This document shows, in pieces, positions 26,301-38,000 of a stretch of 64,000 nt of DNA; position 1 is the stretch's first letter; the number at the start of each line of letters is the position of its first letter. The notes beneath the pieces were generated by a model that did not search any database, was not told the DNA's origin, and worked only from the letters and a program-made list of their open reading frames with translations. Location of the stretch: positions 18,228,001 through 18,292,000 of the forward strand of contig NC_083423.1 in NCBI RefSeq assembly GCF_020745735.1. Direction: 5' to 3'. This stretch comes from Hemiscyllium ocellatum. Taxonomy: Eukaryota. A program made the translations under genes and the position numbers.

Positions 26301-27496
26301 CACTTGAGATACTCTGGTCGATAGGTTGGCAATGATCTTTGGAGGCGCTTGGTTATTATTGCGAAAACTCCACCATGCTTCGAATCTTTGTAGGTTAGGT
26401 ACTGAATGGAAACAATCTAACGAGATCAAGCCTCCCTTTTCGACGGAAAGATGCGCAAGCTGTTGTAAATCTCGCTGTCCATCTTGAGAAAAGTTAAATG
26501 TATGTATTATTAGCAATGAATGTGAATATATGAAAAGCCTGGGCTACAGTTATAGGGCTAGTTAACTCACTTAATCCCTTTGTTCAAATAGAGATTTTTT
26601 TTCTGTATTCACAGTAATGTGTCTTATGTTTCTTATGCAAAATATTAAATATATTTTCAATCTTGTTCGGCCATAATTTTGAAGATTCTCCGACAGGGGT
26701 TTAAAAATAAACCAGAGAAATTTAATACATTGTGTTAAAAAGTCAGAGACGGTCACAAAGTTCCTGAATGTGTGTGATTATAAGAACATCACTGGTAATG
26801 AAATATATGGGAAATGGTCAAATAAGCAGATCTATTTACAAAATAAACTTATGTAGAATAAAATAATATAGAATGGAGGATATTATTGTCTGTAACCACC
26901 TTACTAACTGAAAACATTATGTCATGTTACAACAAAAATGTTATAATGATACAAAACAACACTGTATGAAAAGTGAATTGAGGAACATCAACTCACGAGC
27001 GGCACATGAACAAGTGATTTAAACACCAGTGAATCAAATGGGTACAAAATTTGTTTTGGAAAGTTTAAGTACGTTTCCACAGATTTTAGTTACACTTATC
27101 AGCGTAGAGGCGGTTTGGTATGCTGCACAATTAAATCAAACAATGGCAATTAAAACCGGGTGGGAGTTCCTTTAGACATCAGTAAAAACAAAGTTTACAT
27201 ATATTTGTAAATATATTAAATGCAGCTGATATAGGCAAAATTGTAAAGTTCCTATTTTAGTTTGAAAAGCAGTGGTAACTACAAACTCAGTGGAGAAATA
27301 ATTAAATTATAGAGAATTGACTCATATCATGACTGGCAATGTTACTTTTCACGATAAATGTCACAGCTATAGTTTTCTGCAACTCTAACTTCAAGTTTAA
27401 TGCCCACCCAATTACAAACAGCGCTTCAGTTCGATAAGTACCTGTAAATGTTAACAGCAGCTGTAGAAAAGTGTAGAAAATTTTCATTTCGCACAT
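14278..27496 (-). CDS. Six-exon gene for a non-rearranging VJ-C1-TM-ITIM immunoglobulin-superfamily receptor (SIRP/PRARP/VJC1-like architecture), ~335-338 aa
   Basis: Exons 27442-27487 (or from ATG 27496), 26132-26482, 23344-23658, 22533-22637, 15481-15560 and 14278-14388 have GT/AG boundaries with phases 1,1,1,1,0. They join into 1008 nt (336 codons including stop) with no internal stop: signal peptide, V-set domain, C1-set domain, TM, basic juxtamembrane segment, two ITIMs. Confidence 0.85.
14975..15325 (+). mobile_element. HE1-type V-SINE, diverged, in intron 5 of the Ig receptor gene
   Basis: Same head, V-domain and tail as the copy at 13358. Confidence 0.8.
15481..15560 (-). CDS. Exon 5, basic juxtamembrane cytoplasmic exon
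   Basis: Acceptor tttttattttatatag|GA, donor AAT|GTAAAT, 80 nt. Converts phase 1 to 0 as required to join exon 6. Encodes GRKGTQGRKGNHASNRRLRCRQDSIIN. The donor is weaker than the others. Confidence 0.7.
16792..17097 (-). mobile_element. HE1-type V-SINE
   Basis: Reverse-complement copy beginning with the (GATTA)n tail. Confidence 0.9.
17336..17452 (-). mobile_element. 5'-truncated HE1 SINE / CR1 tail
   Basis: (GATTA)n followed by CAGTGTGGAAACAGGCCCTTCGGCCC. Confidence 0.8.
17985..20340 (-). mobile_element. CR1 LINE 3' part (RT C-terminus), split by a Penelope insertion
   Basis: YIDFSKAFD..HGRL, ISKFANDTKIG, RERLNKLELLS|LKRRRLRMDLIE. Confidence 0.88.
18392..19493 (-). mobile_element. Penelope-like GIY-YIG element fragment nested in CR1
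   Basis: Homologous to 406-1444; flanked by the 14-bp TSD GACAAAAGTTCTAG (18378-18391, 19494-19507). Confidence 0.92.
20845..21480 (-). mobile_element. CR1/HER1 LINE 3' fragment
   Basis: RLRGDLLEVYKIMRG..FFTQRVV and the 3' UTR. Confidence 0.88.
22533..22637 (-). CDS. Exon 4, transmembrane exon
   Basis: Acceptor atattttacag|AT, consensus donor CATG|GTAAGT, 105 nt, phase 1-1. Encodes DHNGHLWMLPFILLSICGGIACTIFLVLFLIKYIH, with no charged residue in the helix. Confidence 0.9.
23344..23658 (-). CDS. Exon 3, Ig C1-set domain
   Basis: Acceptor ctcctttttataactag|CT, donor GAAG|GTAAGA, 315 nt, phase 1-1. Encodes APPSLRLF..CSAHDFYPKPI..NPDGMYNY..FTCIIQHP with the C1 hallmarks FYP, NxDGxY and CxxxH. 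Confidence 0.92.
26132..26482 (-). CDS. Exon 2, VJ-type Ig V-set domain
   Basis: Acceptor ttttctcaag|AT, donor ACAG|GTAACT, 351 nt, phase 1-1. Encodes DGQRDLQQLAHLSVEKGGLISLDC..AWWSF..FTLRITDVQISDTGRYHCEMFQTAPPPSGKRTGKGTMLSVT with canonical Cys, Trp, DxGxYxC and the J-like GxGTxLxV motif. Confidence 0.95.
27442..27496 (-). CDS. Exon 1, leader peptide (MCE)MKIFYTFLQLLLTFT
   Basis: Hydrophobic leader ending ACAG|GTACTT (phase 1). From the second ATG it is 46 nt, the typical Ig-type leader exon size. Confidence 0.75.
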
Positions 27497-27593
27497 TGGT
27501 CAAGTTACTAGGCAGAGATCACCAGTCAAACTGACTGCATCATGTAAAAGCCTTAACAACGCTAACCCAGTTCAGTCTATTTCGTGAACAGCA

Positions 27594-27721
27594 TGTGGTA
27601 GCCAAAGGGTGTGGAACAATGGATGAAGGCACATGGACAAAACAGTAGGTGGCAGAGCATTGTGGGTGCAAATCCTGTACTGCTAGATCACTGGCTTATC
27701 GACAGCTGTGACTGCAGGAAG
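27594..27721. promoter_or_regulatory. Putative proximal promoter motifs (RUNX, GATA, E-box, ETS)
   Basis: TGTGGT 27594-27599, CTTATC 27695-27700, CAGCTG 27703-27708 and CAGGAAG 27715-27721, 100-225 bp upstream of the ATG. These are short motifs that can occur by chance. Confidence 0.3.
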
Positions 27722-27867
27722 AGTTCCATATATGAGATTTCTATGTTGTAATTAACCACCAGACCAATTTGACTTGGAATTTCATCATTACTGTGTAGAG
27801 ATTAAGCCTTCTGAAAATTCTAGAGTAGCTAAGCTGAAGCAATATTTTTTGAGGAAACTGCATAATT

Positions 27868-28172
27868 AGATTAGATTAGATTCGATTCTCTACAGTGTGG
27901 AAACAGGCCCTTTGGCCCAACGAGTCCACACCGACCCTCCAAAGAGTAACCCACCCAGACCCATTCCCCAACTAATGCACCTATCAATATGGACAAATTA
28001 GCATGGCCAATTCACCTGACCTGCACATCTTTGGACTGTGGGAGGAAGCCGGAGCAAACCCGCACAGATACGGGGAGAATGTGCAAACTCCACACAGATA
28101 GTCACCCGGGGCTTGATTCAAACCCTGATCCCTGGCGCTGTGAGGCAGCGGTACTAACCACTGAGCCAACGT
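27868..28172 (-). mobile_element. HE1-type V-SINE
   Basis: (GATTA)n tail, V-domain and tRNA head in reverse complement. Confidence 0.85.
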
Positions 28173-30399
28173 GCTGTCCTAGCAGTCACATATTTCTATG
28201 CAGTTTGTTAAATATAAATATAACAATTTAACATATCATTTCATGCAGAGTTTCCGAGGCTTTATCTCTACCAGTTTGTGGGTTGATCTATATGTGGTCT
28301 ATTTTCTTATGTATACAATTTTTCCTGTATTATATTTCTATAATCCCAATTCATCCATCCATTTATCTAGAAGTCAACGAGTTGCACTGTTAATTTGTAC
28401 ACCATGCAGCACCCAGATAATGTTAATTCATTCATCCAGTTATCTAACTGTAAGCTAGCAGCAGTACTTTATTTCTTTATTTTTTCATGGGGTGTGGATA
28501 TTACTGGCAAAGCCAACATTTCTTGCCCAATAAACCTTGAACTGTGTGCTTTGCTTAGCCATTTCAAAGGCAGATAGGAGTCATCCATGTTGCTGTAGGT
28601 TAGGAGTAACAAGTAGGTCAGGCCAGGTAAGGATGACAGATTTCCTTCACAAAAGGACTTTAGTGAACTAGATGGGTTTTTACAACATTTGAAAATAGTT
28701 TAGAATCACCATCCCTGACATTCAGTTCCAGACTTTATAATTGAATTTATATTTGATCTGTTGCTTTTGTGGGATTTGAACCCTTTTGCTTACCATGCCA
28801 TTTCACACAGTTGAACATCCAGGCTGCTTGCCTTGCTGGTCAGCAGTCCTCGTCAAGGGGGCATATATCTTGTTGTATGGCACTGTGCTGTGCCAATCTC
28901 ATACCTGTACAATATGCCAGCAGCCTATGTAGCAACACTCTGTATGTGCATCAAGCAGGCACCATATCTCAAACTGCAAGGGGAAAATCCCTCACCAAAG
29001 TCCATGGATGTCTCTGACAGTCAGGAGTCTCACAAAAGTGTCAAGGACAACCTTTGATGCCAATCTATCAGATAGGCCACAGTCAAGGTGGTTTTGGTCA
29101 GGGGCTCTGTGCCTCTGCCTCTGAAGTGGGTCATTGTCAGTCCTACGGCTCCTTACTGACCATTCGGGGAAAAGGGGAATGATAGGGCTAACATGGTCAG
29201 GAGATATCTAGATATCAACCAAAGGTTAATGCACTTCTCAAGTTGGACTGTTCAATTATGCCACTCAAGGCCCACAGAAAGTAAGAGGAAAGGGGGGATA
29301 AAGCAGGGGGCAGTGGGGGCAGACTGCTACCACAGGAAGGAGTTTTGAGAACTTTTCCTTGGAATTGGGGCAACAGACCAGAGGGAAAGGGTGGTGATAA
29401 CTGTGGAGGGGGCTAATAGTATTTGAAGTGACAACACAGTAAAGTTTGGATGAAAATGGGGTGCTGCAGGAAGGAGGGAGGTTTGTCCACAGTGAGGAAC
29501 TTCAATGAGGGTGGCAGCAATGTATGACCACATTTGGCATGGTCACCTCTTGTGCTAGGTGCTGGGGATGGTGGAGAGCTGCAGACCCATATAGACAGGT
29601 TGGGTGGGGTCCTGAGGAGATGTGAAGCCTATGGAGTTCACAGAAAAGCTACCAGGAAGGGATGTTTCAGGCTTCACTGAGTGGGGGTGTGTGTAGGAGC
29701 AGGCTTTCTGATGCAAGTAAATTCTGTCCCTAAGAGTGTTGTCCAATAATTTCCCTCCCACTGATATAAGGCTCACCAACCTATGATTTCCTGGATTATC
29801 CTTGTTACCCTCATAAGCAAAAGAATAATTCTCCAGTGTTCCTGGAACTCGTTTATAATGATTTGGCCGCAGTCATCCCCTCCCTTAATATCCTGGGATA
29901 GATCCAATCAGGTCTTGGGGACTTATCTGATTTCATGTTTTGCAAACACCTGTTTCCTCCTTAATTTTCACATGCTGTAGAATATCAATAACCCCCTCTC
30001 TAATTTTACCATCATCCATGTTCTTCTCCTTGGTGAAAACTGATTCAAAGTATTTATAAAAAACCTCACTCACTTTCTGTGATTCCATGCACAAGCTCTC
30101 TCCTTTCCCATGAGTGGATCCAGCCTTTCCTTAGCTTGCCCCTTGCTCCTAATATATGTATAAAATGTCTTCTGATTCTCCCTAATTCTCTCCTCCCTCT
30201 GACCTATCACCTTCTCCCTCATCTTCATTCACCAATCACTTTCCCAGCTATCTCCCCCCAACCCCACCCCCTCTCCCATTTATCTCTCAGTGGACCCACA
30301 AGCCTCATTCCTGATGAAGGGTTTATGCCCAAAACATTGATTTTCTTGCTCCTCGGATGCTGCCTGACCTGCTGTACATTTTCAGCACCACACTGTCGA

Positions 30400-32515
30400 C
30401 CTTGATATCAAACAGGAGGACACTTTATACATGTTTGGCCCCGTCTAGGCACATGAAAGATATGATTTTGCCAGAGTGGATAGGGAACAGATACTCTTAG
30501 ATACATCTGTACCAAAGCAGTAAGAGACATTCAAGAAGGCAATAGGGAGAATAGAGTGCTGACAGGTAAAGATAAAGGGTGGGATTGACAAATCCAACAA
30601 ATCCTGGATATAAAGCGACATACAGGATATGACAAAGACAAAAAAAGGACTCTTTTGGCAGATATGAAAAGCACAAAACAGTAGAAGCTCTAGAAGAGCA
30701 AAGGGATCTTAAAAAAGAAATTAGGAATACAAAAAGGGGGCATGAAAGGAAAATAGCAAGTAAAATAAAGGAGAATTCTAAGTTATTTTAAAGTACATTA
30801 AAGGTAAAAGGCTACCTAGAGATAACTAAAGAGTTGGGCCCATTATGGACTACATGGTAATCCATGTGTGGACGCAGAGGATGTAGGTAGGGTATTAAAT
30901 TAGTATTTTGTGTTGATGTTCACTAGTGAGAGTGATGATGTGGGTATTGAAATCAGGGAGAAGGACTGCAATGTGATGAAAGACATTACTCGACAGAGAG
31001 GTGGTTCTTAGTGATCTGCCAAGGATAAAAGTAGATAAATATCCAGGGCCAGATGAAATATATTCCAAGTAAGGGATAAAATAGCAGGGACATCAGCAAT
31101 ATTTTTTGGTTTGTCTCTGGCCACAGGAGAGGTGCCAGAGGACTAAAGGACAGACAATGCAATACCATTATTCAAGAAGGAAGAGGTAAATCAGGAAACT
31201 ACAGGTCAGTCAGTTTCACTTAGTGGTGGGGAAACTATTGGAAGCAATTCTGAAGGGCAGAATTAATCTGTACTTGGAGGCAGAAATTAATCAAGAACAA
31301 TCTGCATGGTTTTGTTAAAGGAAGGTTATGTCTGACCAACTTGACTAAATTTTTCAAAGAGGTGACCAGGTGTGTAGATGAGAGCAATGCATTTGATGTA
31401 GTCTATTTGGATTCCAGCAAAGTTAAGAGCCCATGGGATCCAAGGAAATTTGGCTAATTGAATCCAGAATTGCCTGAGTGGCAGGAAGCACAAGGTGATG
31501 GTCAGGAAATGTTTTTGTGACTGGAAGTCTGCATTCTGTGGGGCTTTGCAGGGATCACTGCTGCTTGTGGCACATATACATTTCTTAGACTTGAATGCAG
31601 GAGGCAAATCAGTAAATTCATGGATAATACAGAAGTTGGTGGAGTGGTAAACATTGAGAATAGCTTTAGATTATAAGAGGATATGGACAGGCTGGTCAGA
31701 TGGGCTGATCGATGGTAAATAGAATATAATCCATATAAGTGGAAGGTCATGTATTTCGGCAAGTTAGACAAGGGAGAACATGGTGAGTAGTAGGACCCTG
31801 GAAAGCACCAAGGGACCTTGGTGTGCGTGTCCACCAACACCTTTAAAGTAGGAGGACTGGCAGATAAAATGGTTAGGAAGGCATATGGAAGTTTTGCATT
31901 TAGTAGTTGAAGCAGAGAGTTTAAGAGCAGGGAGGTGCTTGAACTGCTGGGTATATTGAACTATGAAATGTTGGTTAGGCCATGGGTGGAATATTGTGTG
32001 CAGTTCTGGAATCAACATTATAGGATGGATGTAATTGCACTGGTGAGGGTGCAGAGGAGATTTACTAGGATGTTGCCTGGGCTGAAGAGTTTTAGTTATG
32101 AAGAGAGATTGGATAGACTGGAACAGAGAAGATTCATGGGGTCTTGACTGAGATGCATAAAATTAGGAGGGGCATAGGTAGGCTGGATAGAAAGAAGTCA
32201 TTCACCTTGGTGGAGGGATCAATAACCTGGGGCACAGATTTAAGATAAGGGACAGGAAGTTTAGAAGGGATGTAAGGAAAGATATTTTCACCCAGAAGGT
32301 GGTGGGAATCTAGAATTCACTGCCTGTATGGATGGTAAAGACAGAAATCCTCAAAACATTTAAGAAGTATTTGAATGTGCACTTTTGATGCCAAAGGTCT
32401 ATAAGGCTATAGGCTCAGTGCCAGAAAATTAGATTAGGAAAGTTAAGTGGTTGTCCTTAATCAGCTAAAACTTGATGGGCTGAATGGCCTTTTTCTGTGC
32501 TGTAAACCTCTATGA
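30400..32515 (+). mobile_element. Degenerate CR1 LINE ORF2 (linker, RT, C-terminus)
   Basis: Heavily mutated RT motifs; WVEYCVQFW..RVQRRFTRMLPG. Confidence 0.8.
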
Positions 32516-33890
32516 AATATCCTGAAGTTTTCATGTGGTGCAGGAAGTGCATGCAAGAGATTTCAACTGCCCATCCATTATCTATGAAGAAAGGGTGTCA
32601 ATTATCATAACATTACAATCCTTTTTTTACTCTTTTGTGGGAAGTCGGTGTAGCTGGGCTAACAAGCATTTATTGCCCGTCCCTGGTTGCCCTTGAGAAG
32701 TTGTTGGTGATCTGCCATCTTGAACCGCTTTAGTCCACCTGCTGTGGATTGACCCACAATGCATGAGGGAGGGAATTCCAGGACTTTGACCCAGCAACAG
32801 TGAAGGAACACTGATATATTTCAAAGTCAGGATGGTGAGTGGCTTGGAGGAGATCTTGCAGGTGGGGGTGTTCCCATGTTTCTGCTTTTGCTATGCATGC
32901 AAGAATGATACAATTGATTTCCTCCTTTTGCATGATGTAGGAGAAAAGAGAACAATTGAGTGATAACAGACAAGCAAAGTTGCAGATAGTTTCTAATCAA
33001 CATGTTTATATGATATAACATGTCTCTGGAGCAGGTGGAACTTGAATCCAGGCCTCTTTGCTCAGAGACAGGGATACTAACACTGTACTACAAAAGCCCT
33101 TCCAAATTAGATTGCTACATAAGATCAGTTCCTTTGAACCCTGGTCCAATTTCATTAGGGAGGGTTGTGGGATATATTGTAATTTGATCTGAATTAAACT
33201 ATAGGTCAAATCAGTCCTTATTATGTATTTACAATGCTCACTTCAAGTTTGCTGCACTTCTATCCCATGGCAAGGATACTATGAAAACCAACAGGACAAC
33301 CGTCCTCATACCCACCTCACAGGCCATTTTGCAACTTTGTCAGTATTAACTCTGTGAATTAGGGAACTGGGTGCAGCTGCTCTATTACATGCCCACAGAT
33401 TTCATTTTACGTCTCTACTTTGAGTTACTTCTCACATATTTCCTTTATCAACATCAACATCTTGCAATTATTAAGCAACTTTAATGCAGTCACTTGTTCC
33501 AACGCTCCTTCTTTAGTCAGCAGAATTTCCATTATGCAGATATGGAAATTCCACCCAAGAAAATGTTAACATTTATTTCTGTTTTTGGACAGGAACATTT
33601 TTCAGCAAAAGTAAATAGTCAATTGTTCTTTTCTTTTGACTATTATTTACATGTGCTTGCATTTTTATTCAATGAATAAATATTTTTAAACCAAAGAGAA
33701 AGAGAATGTCACACCAATGTATTCAGTTTGGCATTTGATATAATGTGTGAATACTATACATCCATCCTGCAGCAAAGCAATTTTAAAAGCATATTGAACC
33801 ATGTGCTAGTTCTTAACACTTAGTTGCTACAGGAAACAGGGGACTTATGCAGAATGACAATGGAATAAGACAGCAACAGATGTTTTAAAA

Positions 33891-33962
33891 ACCTTTTAAT
33901 GTGGTGTTACCATTATTACAGTACATATGTACTGTAATAATGGTAACACCACATTAAAAGGT
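33891..33962. repeat. Perfect 72-bp palindrome (36-bp arms, no spacer)
   Basis: ACCTTTTAATGTGGTGTTACCATTATTACAGTACAT is followed directly by its exact reverse complement. Confidence 0.97.
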
Positions 33963-33974
33963 ATGTACTGTAAT

Positions 33975-35075
33975 CCGGACAAGTGCGAGATGATACATTT
34001 TGGATGATGCAATTCCAGAATGAACTATACAGTAAATGGAAACGTTCTGGGGAAAATTAATGTACAGAGAGATCTGGGTGTTCAGATCCATTGTCTCATG
34101 AAGGCAGCAACACAGGTCAGTAGAGTGGTCAAGAAGGCATACGGCATGCTTTCCTTCATCAGACAGGGTATTGAGTACAAGAGTTGGCAGGTCATGTCAC
34201 AATTGTACAAGACTTTGGTTCGGCCACCTTTGGAATATTGCGTACGGTTCTGGTTGCCACATGACCAAAAAGATGTGGATGCTTTGGAGAAGGTGCAGAG
34301 GAAGTTCACCAGGATGTTGCCTGGTATGGAGGGTGTTAGCTATGACGAGAGGTTGAGTAGGCTAAGATTATTTTCATTGAAAAAAAGGTAGTTGAGGGGG
34401 GACCTGATTGAGGCCTACAAAATCATGAGCGGTGTAGACAGGGTGGATCGCAAGAAACTTTTTTCCCAGAGTGGAGGACTCAGTTACTAGGGGTCATGAG
34501 TTCAAAGTGAGAGGGGAAAACTTGAGGAAAATATCTGGGGCACAGTGGCTCAGTAGTTAGCACTGCTGCCTCACAGCGCCAGGGACCCAGGTTCAATTCC
34601 ACCCTTGGGTGACTGTCTGTGTGGAGTTTGCTCATTCTCCCTGTGTCTACGTGGATTTCCTCCGGGTGCTCCAGTTTCGTCCCACAGTCCAAAAATGTGC
34701 AGGATAGGTGAATTGGCCATGCTAAATTGCCCATAGAGTTAGGTGCATTAGTCAGGGGTAAACATGGGAACTGGGTCTGGGTGGGTTACTCTTCGGAAGG
34801 TCAGTGTGGACCTGTTGGGCCAAAGGGCCTGTTTCCACACTGTAGGGAATCTAATCTAATACTTTACGCAGAGGGTGGTGGGTGCCTGGAATACATTGCC
34901 AGTGGAGGTGGTGGGGCAGGAATGATAGCATCATTTAAGATGTATTGAGACAGATACATGAATGGAGCAAAGGAATACAGATCCTTAGGAAATAGATGGC
35001 AGATTTAGATCGAGGTTACGGACCGGTGTAGGCTTGGAGAGCCTAAGGGTCTGTTCCTGCGTTGTAATGTTCTTT
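33975..35075 (+). mobile_element. 5'-truncated CR1 LINE with a nested HE1 SINE (about 34535-34860)
   Basis: LEYCVRFW..KVQRKFTRMLPG; the SINE interrupts the coding end. Confidence 0.88.
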
Positions 35076-35099
35076 GTTCTACATTCTGGTACAGGTCTC

Positions 35100-38000
35100 T
35101 GACGGAGACACACACACATGGCATTGGGACTAAGATGTACTGTCTTAAACAAACGATGCACAGAGCATTGGGGTGCCATTGTGCAATACATTTAGTTTAC
35201 AGAGCACTTTTAGAGATGAGAACATAGTATTAGGATTTTACTGCAGTTGAGTGAAAGATGGACATGGTGTTACAATGCTGCTTCATATTTTAAACATTTG
35301 GAGCAGTTAATTTTTGAAAAGTTGTAAAAATTGATTTATTTCAAGTCTTGTGGAAATTTGCAGAGCTGTTTCTTTAAAAGAGTTTGTTGAATATTCACCA
35401 TGGACATTGGAGATTCTATTTATACAAGTCTTCTCAGAAATCTCATGACTGGTAATAACTACTTGCGTTGCTGCAGAACCAATGCTGGGGCTGTATCAAC
35501 AGTGACTAGGTTGGAGAAGTGTATTTTATCTGGATAGTTGGAGGGAAACCTGGAAAGAGCAAGCTGAGTTGGTGGAAAACTTGCTAAGAAAAATTTGCCC
35601 AGCTGATCTCTCATTTCTGAAAAGTGAACTCTCTTGTTGAGATCAACAAGCTAATAATTCTTTTGAAAGAGTAAAAAAGATCTCCATATTGTATTTCCCG
35701 AGCAAGCTATGTCTGCAAGACTTCAGAGACAATTGTGCAAGTTTAGTGAATTGGCCACATGTGCCAGGACATCAGGGCAATGGATGGTGGAACATCTTAC
35801 ACTTTATCTTTTTGCCTTCAAGAGTAATCCATTAGCATTTCTTCTCCCCCAGAAAGCCAATCAATGTCCACAGAGAAATCAGACTTTTTCTCTTTTCCTG
35901 CAAAGTTTGTGTGTTTTTCTGTGGGAGGTTTTGGCAGTAATTAGAAGGATATTTATACTTCTCTATCTCTGATTGTGTATGTTAACAAATTATTCCATCA
36001 TCATTGAATAAGTCTTGTTTTGATAACAAACCAATATTTGTATTTATTAACAAACTTGGATGATGGATCTTGTTGTTTAAACCCTGTTAATGATAGGATA
36101 TTAAATTGGTCATCTTGATAACTTGAACGGTATTTTATTTTATAAGTGACCCATTGAGTCACTTATTGAGGACAAGGGTGACAGTGCATTCCTTCACCCT
36201 CAGTTATAACTTAAGAGTGGAGGCTCACAGGGAGATACACATGAAAGACATCATTTAAATAGGTCAGGTACGTTTTGGCACCGCCCTTTTGGCGCTGATC
36301 ATTTGGCCGTGCCATTTTGGCTATAAACTGTTTTGGCGCTCATAACTTTGGTGCTGAGCTGTTTTGGCGCCAATTCAGAATTTTAAAAAAGTCTTGTTTG
36401 GTTAAAGAAGAGAGGATGACTAATGACCCGATGTAATTTCCTCAACTAGCAAGAGTTGATAGTCAAAGCTGTAATGACCCGCTGTAGATTCAAATCTTGT
36501 TTTGTAATCATTTTCTCATTTAACAATTGTTAATAGTCATCTACTGCCTTGATGATATTTAAGCCCTTCTGTCTTCACATTAGAAAGCTGTAATACAATT
36601 TTCTTTCTTTTTTCTTGTAGAGCCCATACCAGAAATGGCTGAAAACATTCTAAGCAAGAGAGACAAATCAAAATTTTCACACGATGGTTATCTATATGTA
36701 TTGGTGCCAAAACAGCTCAGTGCCAAAGCAATGAGCGCCAAAACAGTTTAGAGCCAAAACGACGGGGCCAAATGATCGGCGCCAAAAGGGCGGCGCCAAA
36801 TAGTCCCAATCCGCAATTAAATACAAGTGGGGTACTAATAATTATAAAAGGATAAAGGGAAATACATTGGTTTTCTTGTGCATTATTATATTAAAATAAT
36901 GTTCGCATTTGCTAAGGCTTTTCTGAGTAGGGAAAAGTTATGCCTGAATAACTTGCAAAGAACCACCATGTGTAGGCTATTTGAATTAGCTGGTAAGTTA
37001 GGGTTAGATTTACAATCATTCTTCAAGTTTAATGAACAACAATACTACCTTGATGTTGAGTCAATTAAGTTGATGACAACAGAGTTGAAGATTAACACTC
37101 GAACAGGAAAGAGAATTAGAAATGATAAAGCTTGAACTTGAAATAGAAGAAGAGGAAACAATATTTCAGAGAGAGGAAAAAGAAAAATGGAGAGCATTTA
37201 AGAAGTTAGAGCTGGAATTTAAAATGAAGGTAAAAATTCAAACAAAGAATACCAGCTTAAAAGTCTGGAGCTTAAAAAAATGGACATGGAACTGGAAGCA
37301 ACAAAGGATTTCTTATAGATGGCAGAGTTGTCCCTGATAGTCAGATAATATTCAATCATAGTTAAAGCATGATTTGGAGATGCCGGTGTTGGACTGGGGC
37401 GTGCAAAGTTAAAAATCACACAACACCAGGTTATAGTCCAACAGGTTTAATTGGAAGCACACTAGCTTTCTGGGCATCGCTCCTTCTTCAAGTGGTTGTG
37501 GAGGACACAATTGTAAGGTTACAGAATTTATAGCAAAAATTTATAGTGTGATGTAACTGAAATTATACATTGAAAACTACTTTGATTGTCTGTTGAGTCT
37601 TTCATCTGTTTGAATACCATGATAGTTTCACTTCTTTCATGTGTAAATCACAAAACCTGGGTGTACAACTTTAGCCATAATGAGAATGTAGGAGAATCCC
37701 CTTATATAAATCCACATCCTTATCACTTAGGTCTGGATAAACAGACCTAGGGTGAAAGCAGGCATCTAATACATTTTGGAATTATTTTTAATTGAACCCA
37801 ATCAAAAGAGCTGGAGATCTCTAGTAGTATAAGAAACCAAGCTTGTTGGTTCAGCTAGACTCCACATTGACCACAAAAAAGTCAATGCAGTAACAAATGT
37901 AGACTTGTAACCAAGTCCTTGCTTTGAAGACATATTGATAGAGTTGGCAGTGCCAAGTTTCTTAGCAAAATTTGTTAAAAGAGTTCAATCGGTTCAGATA

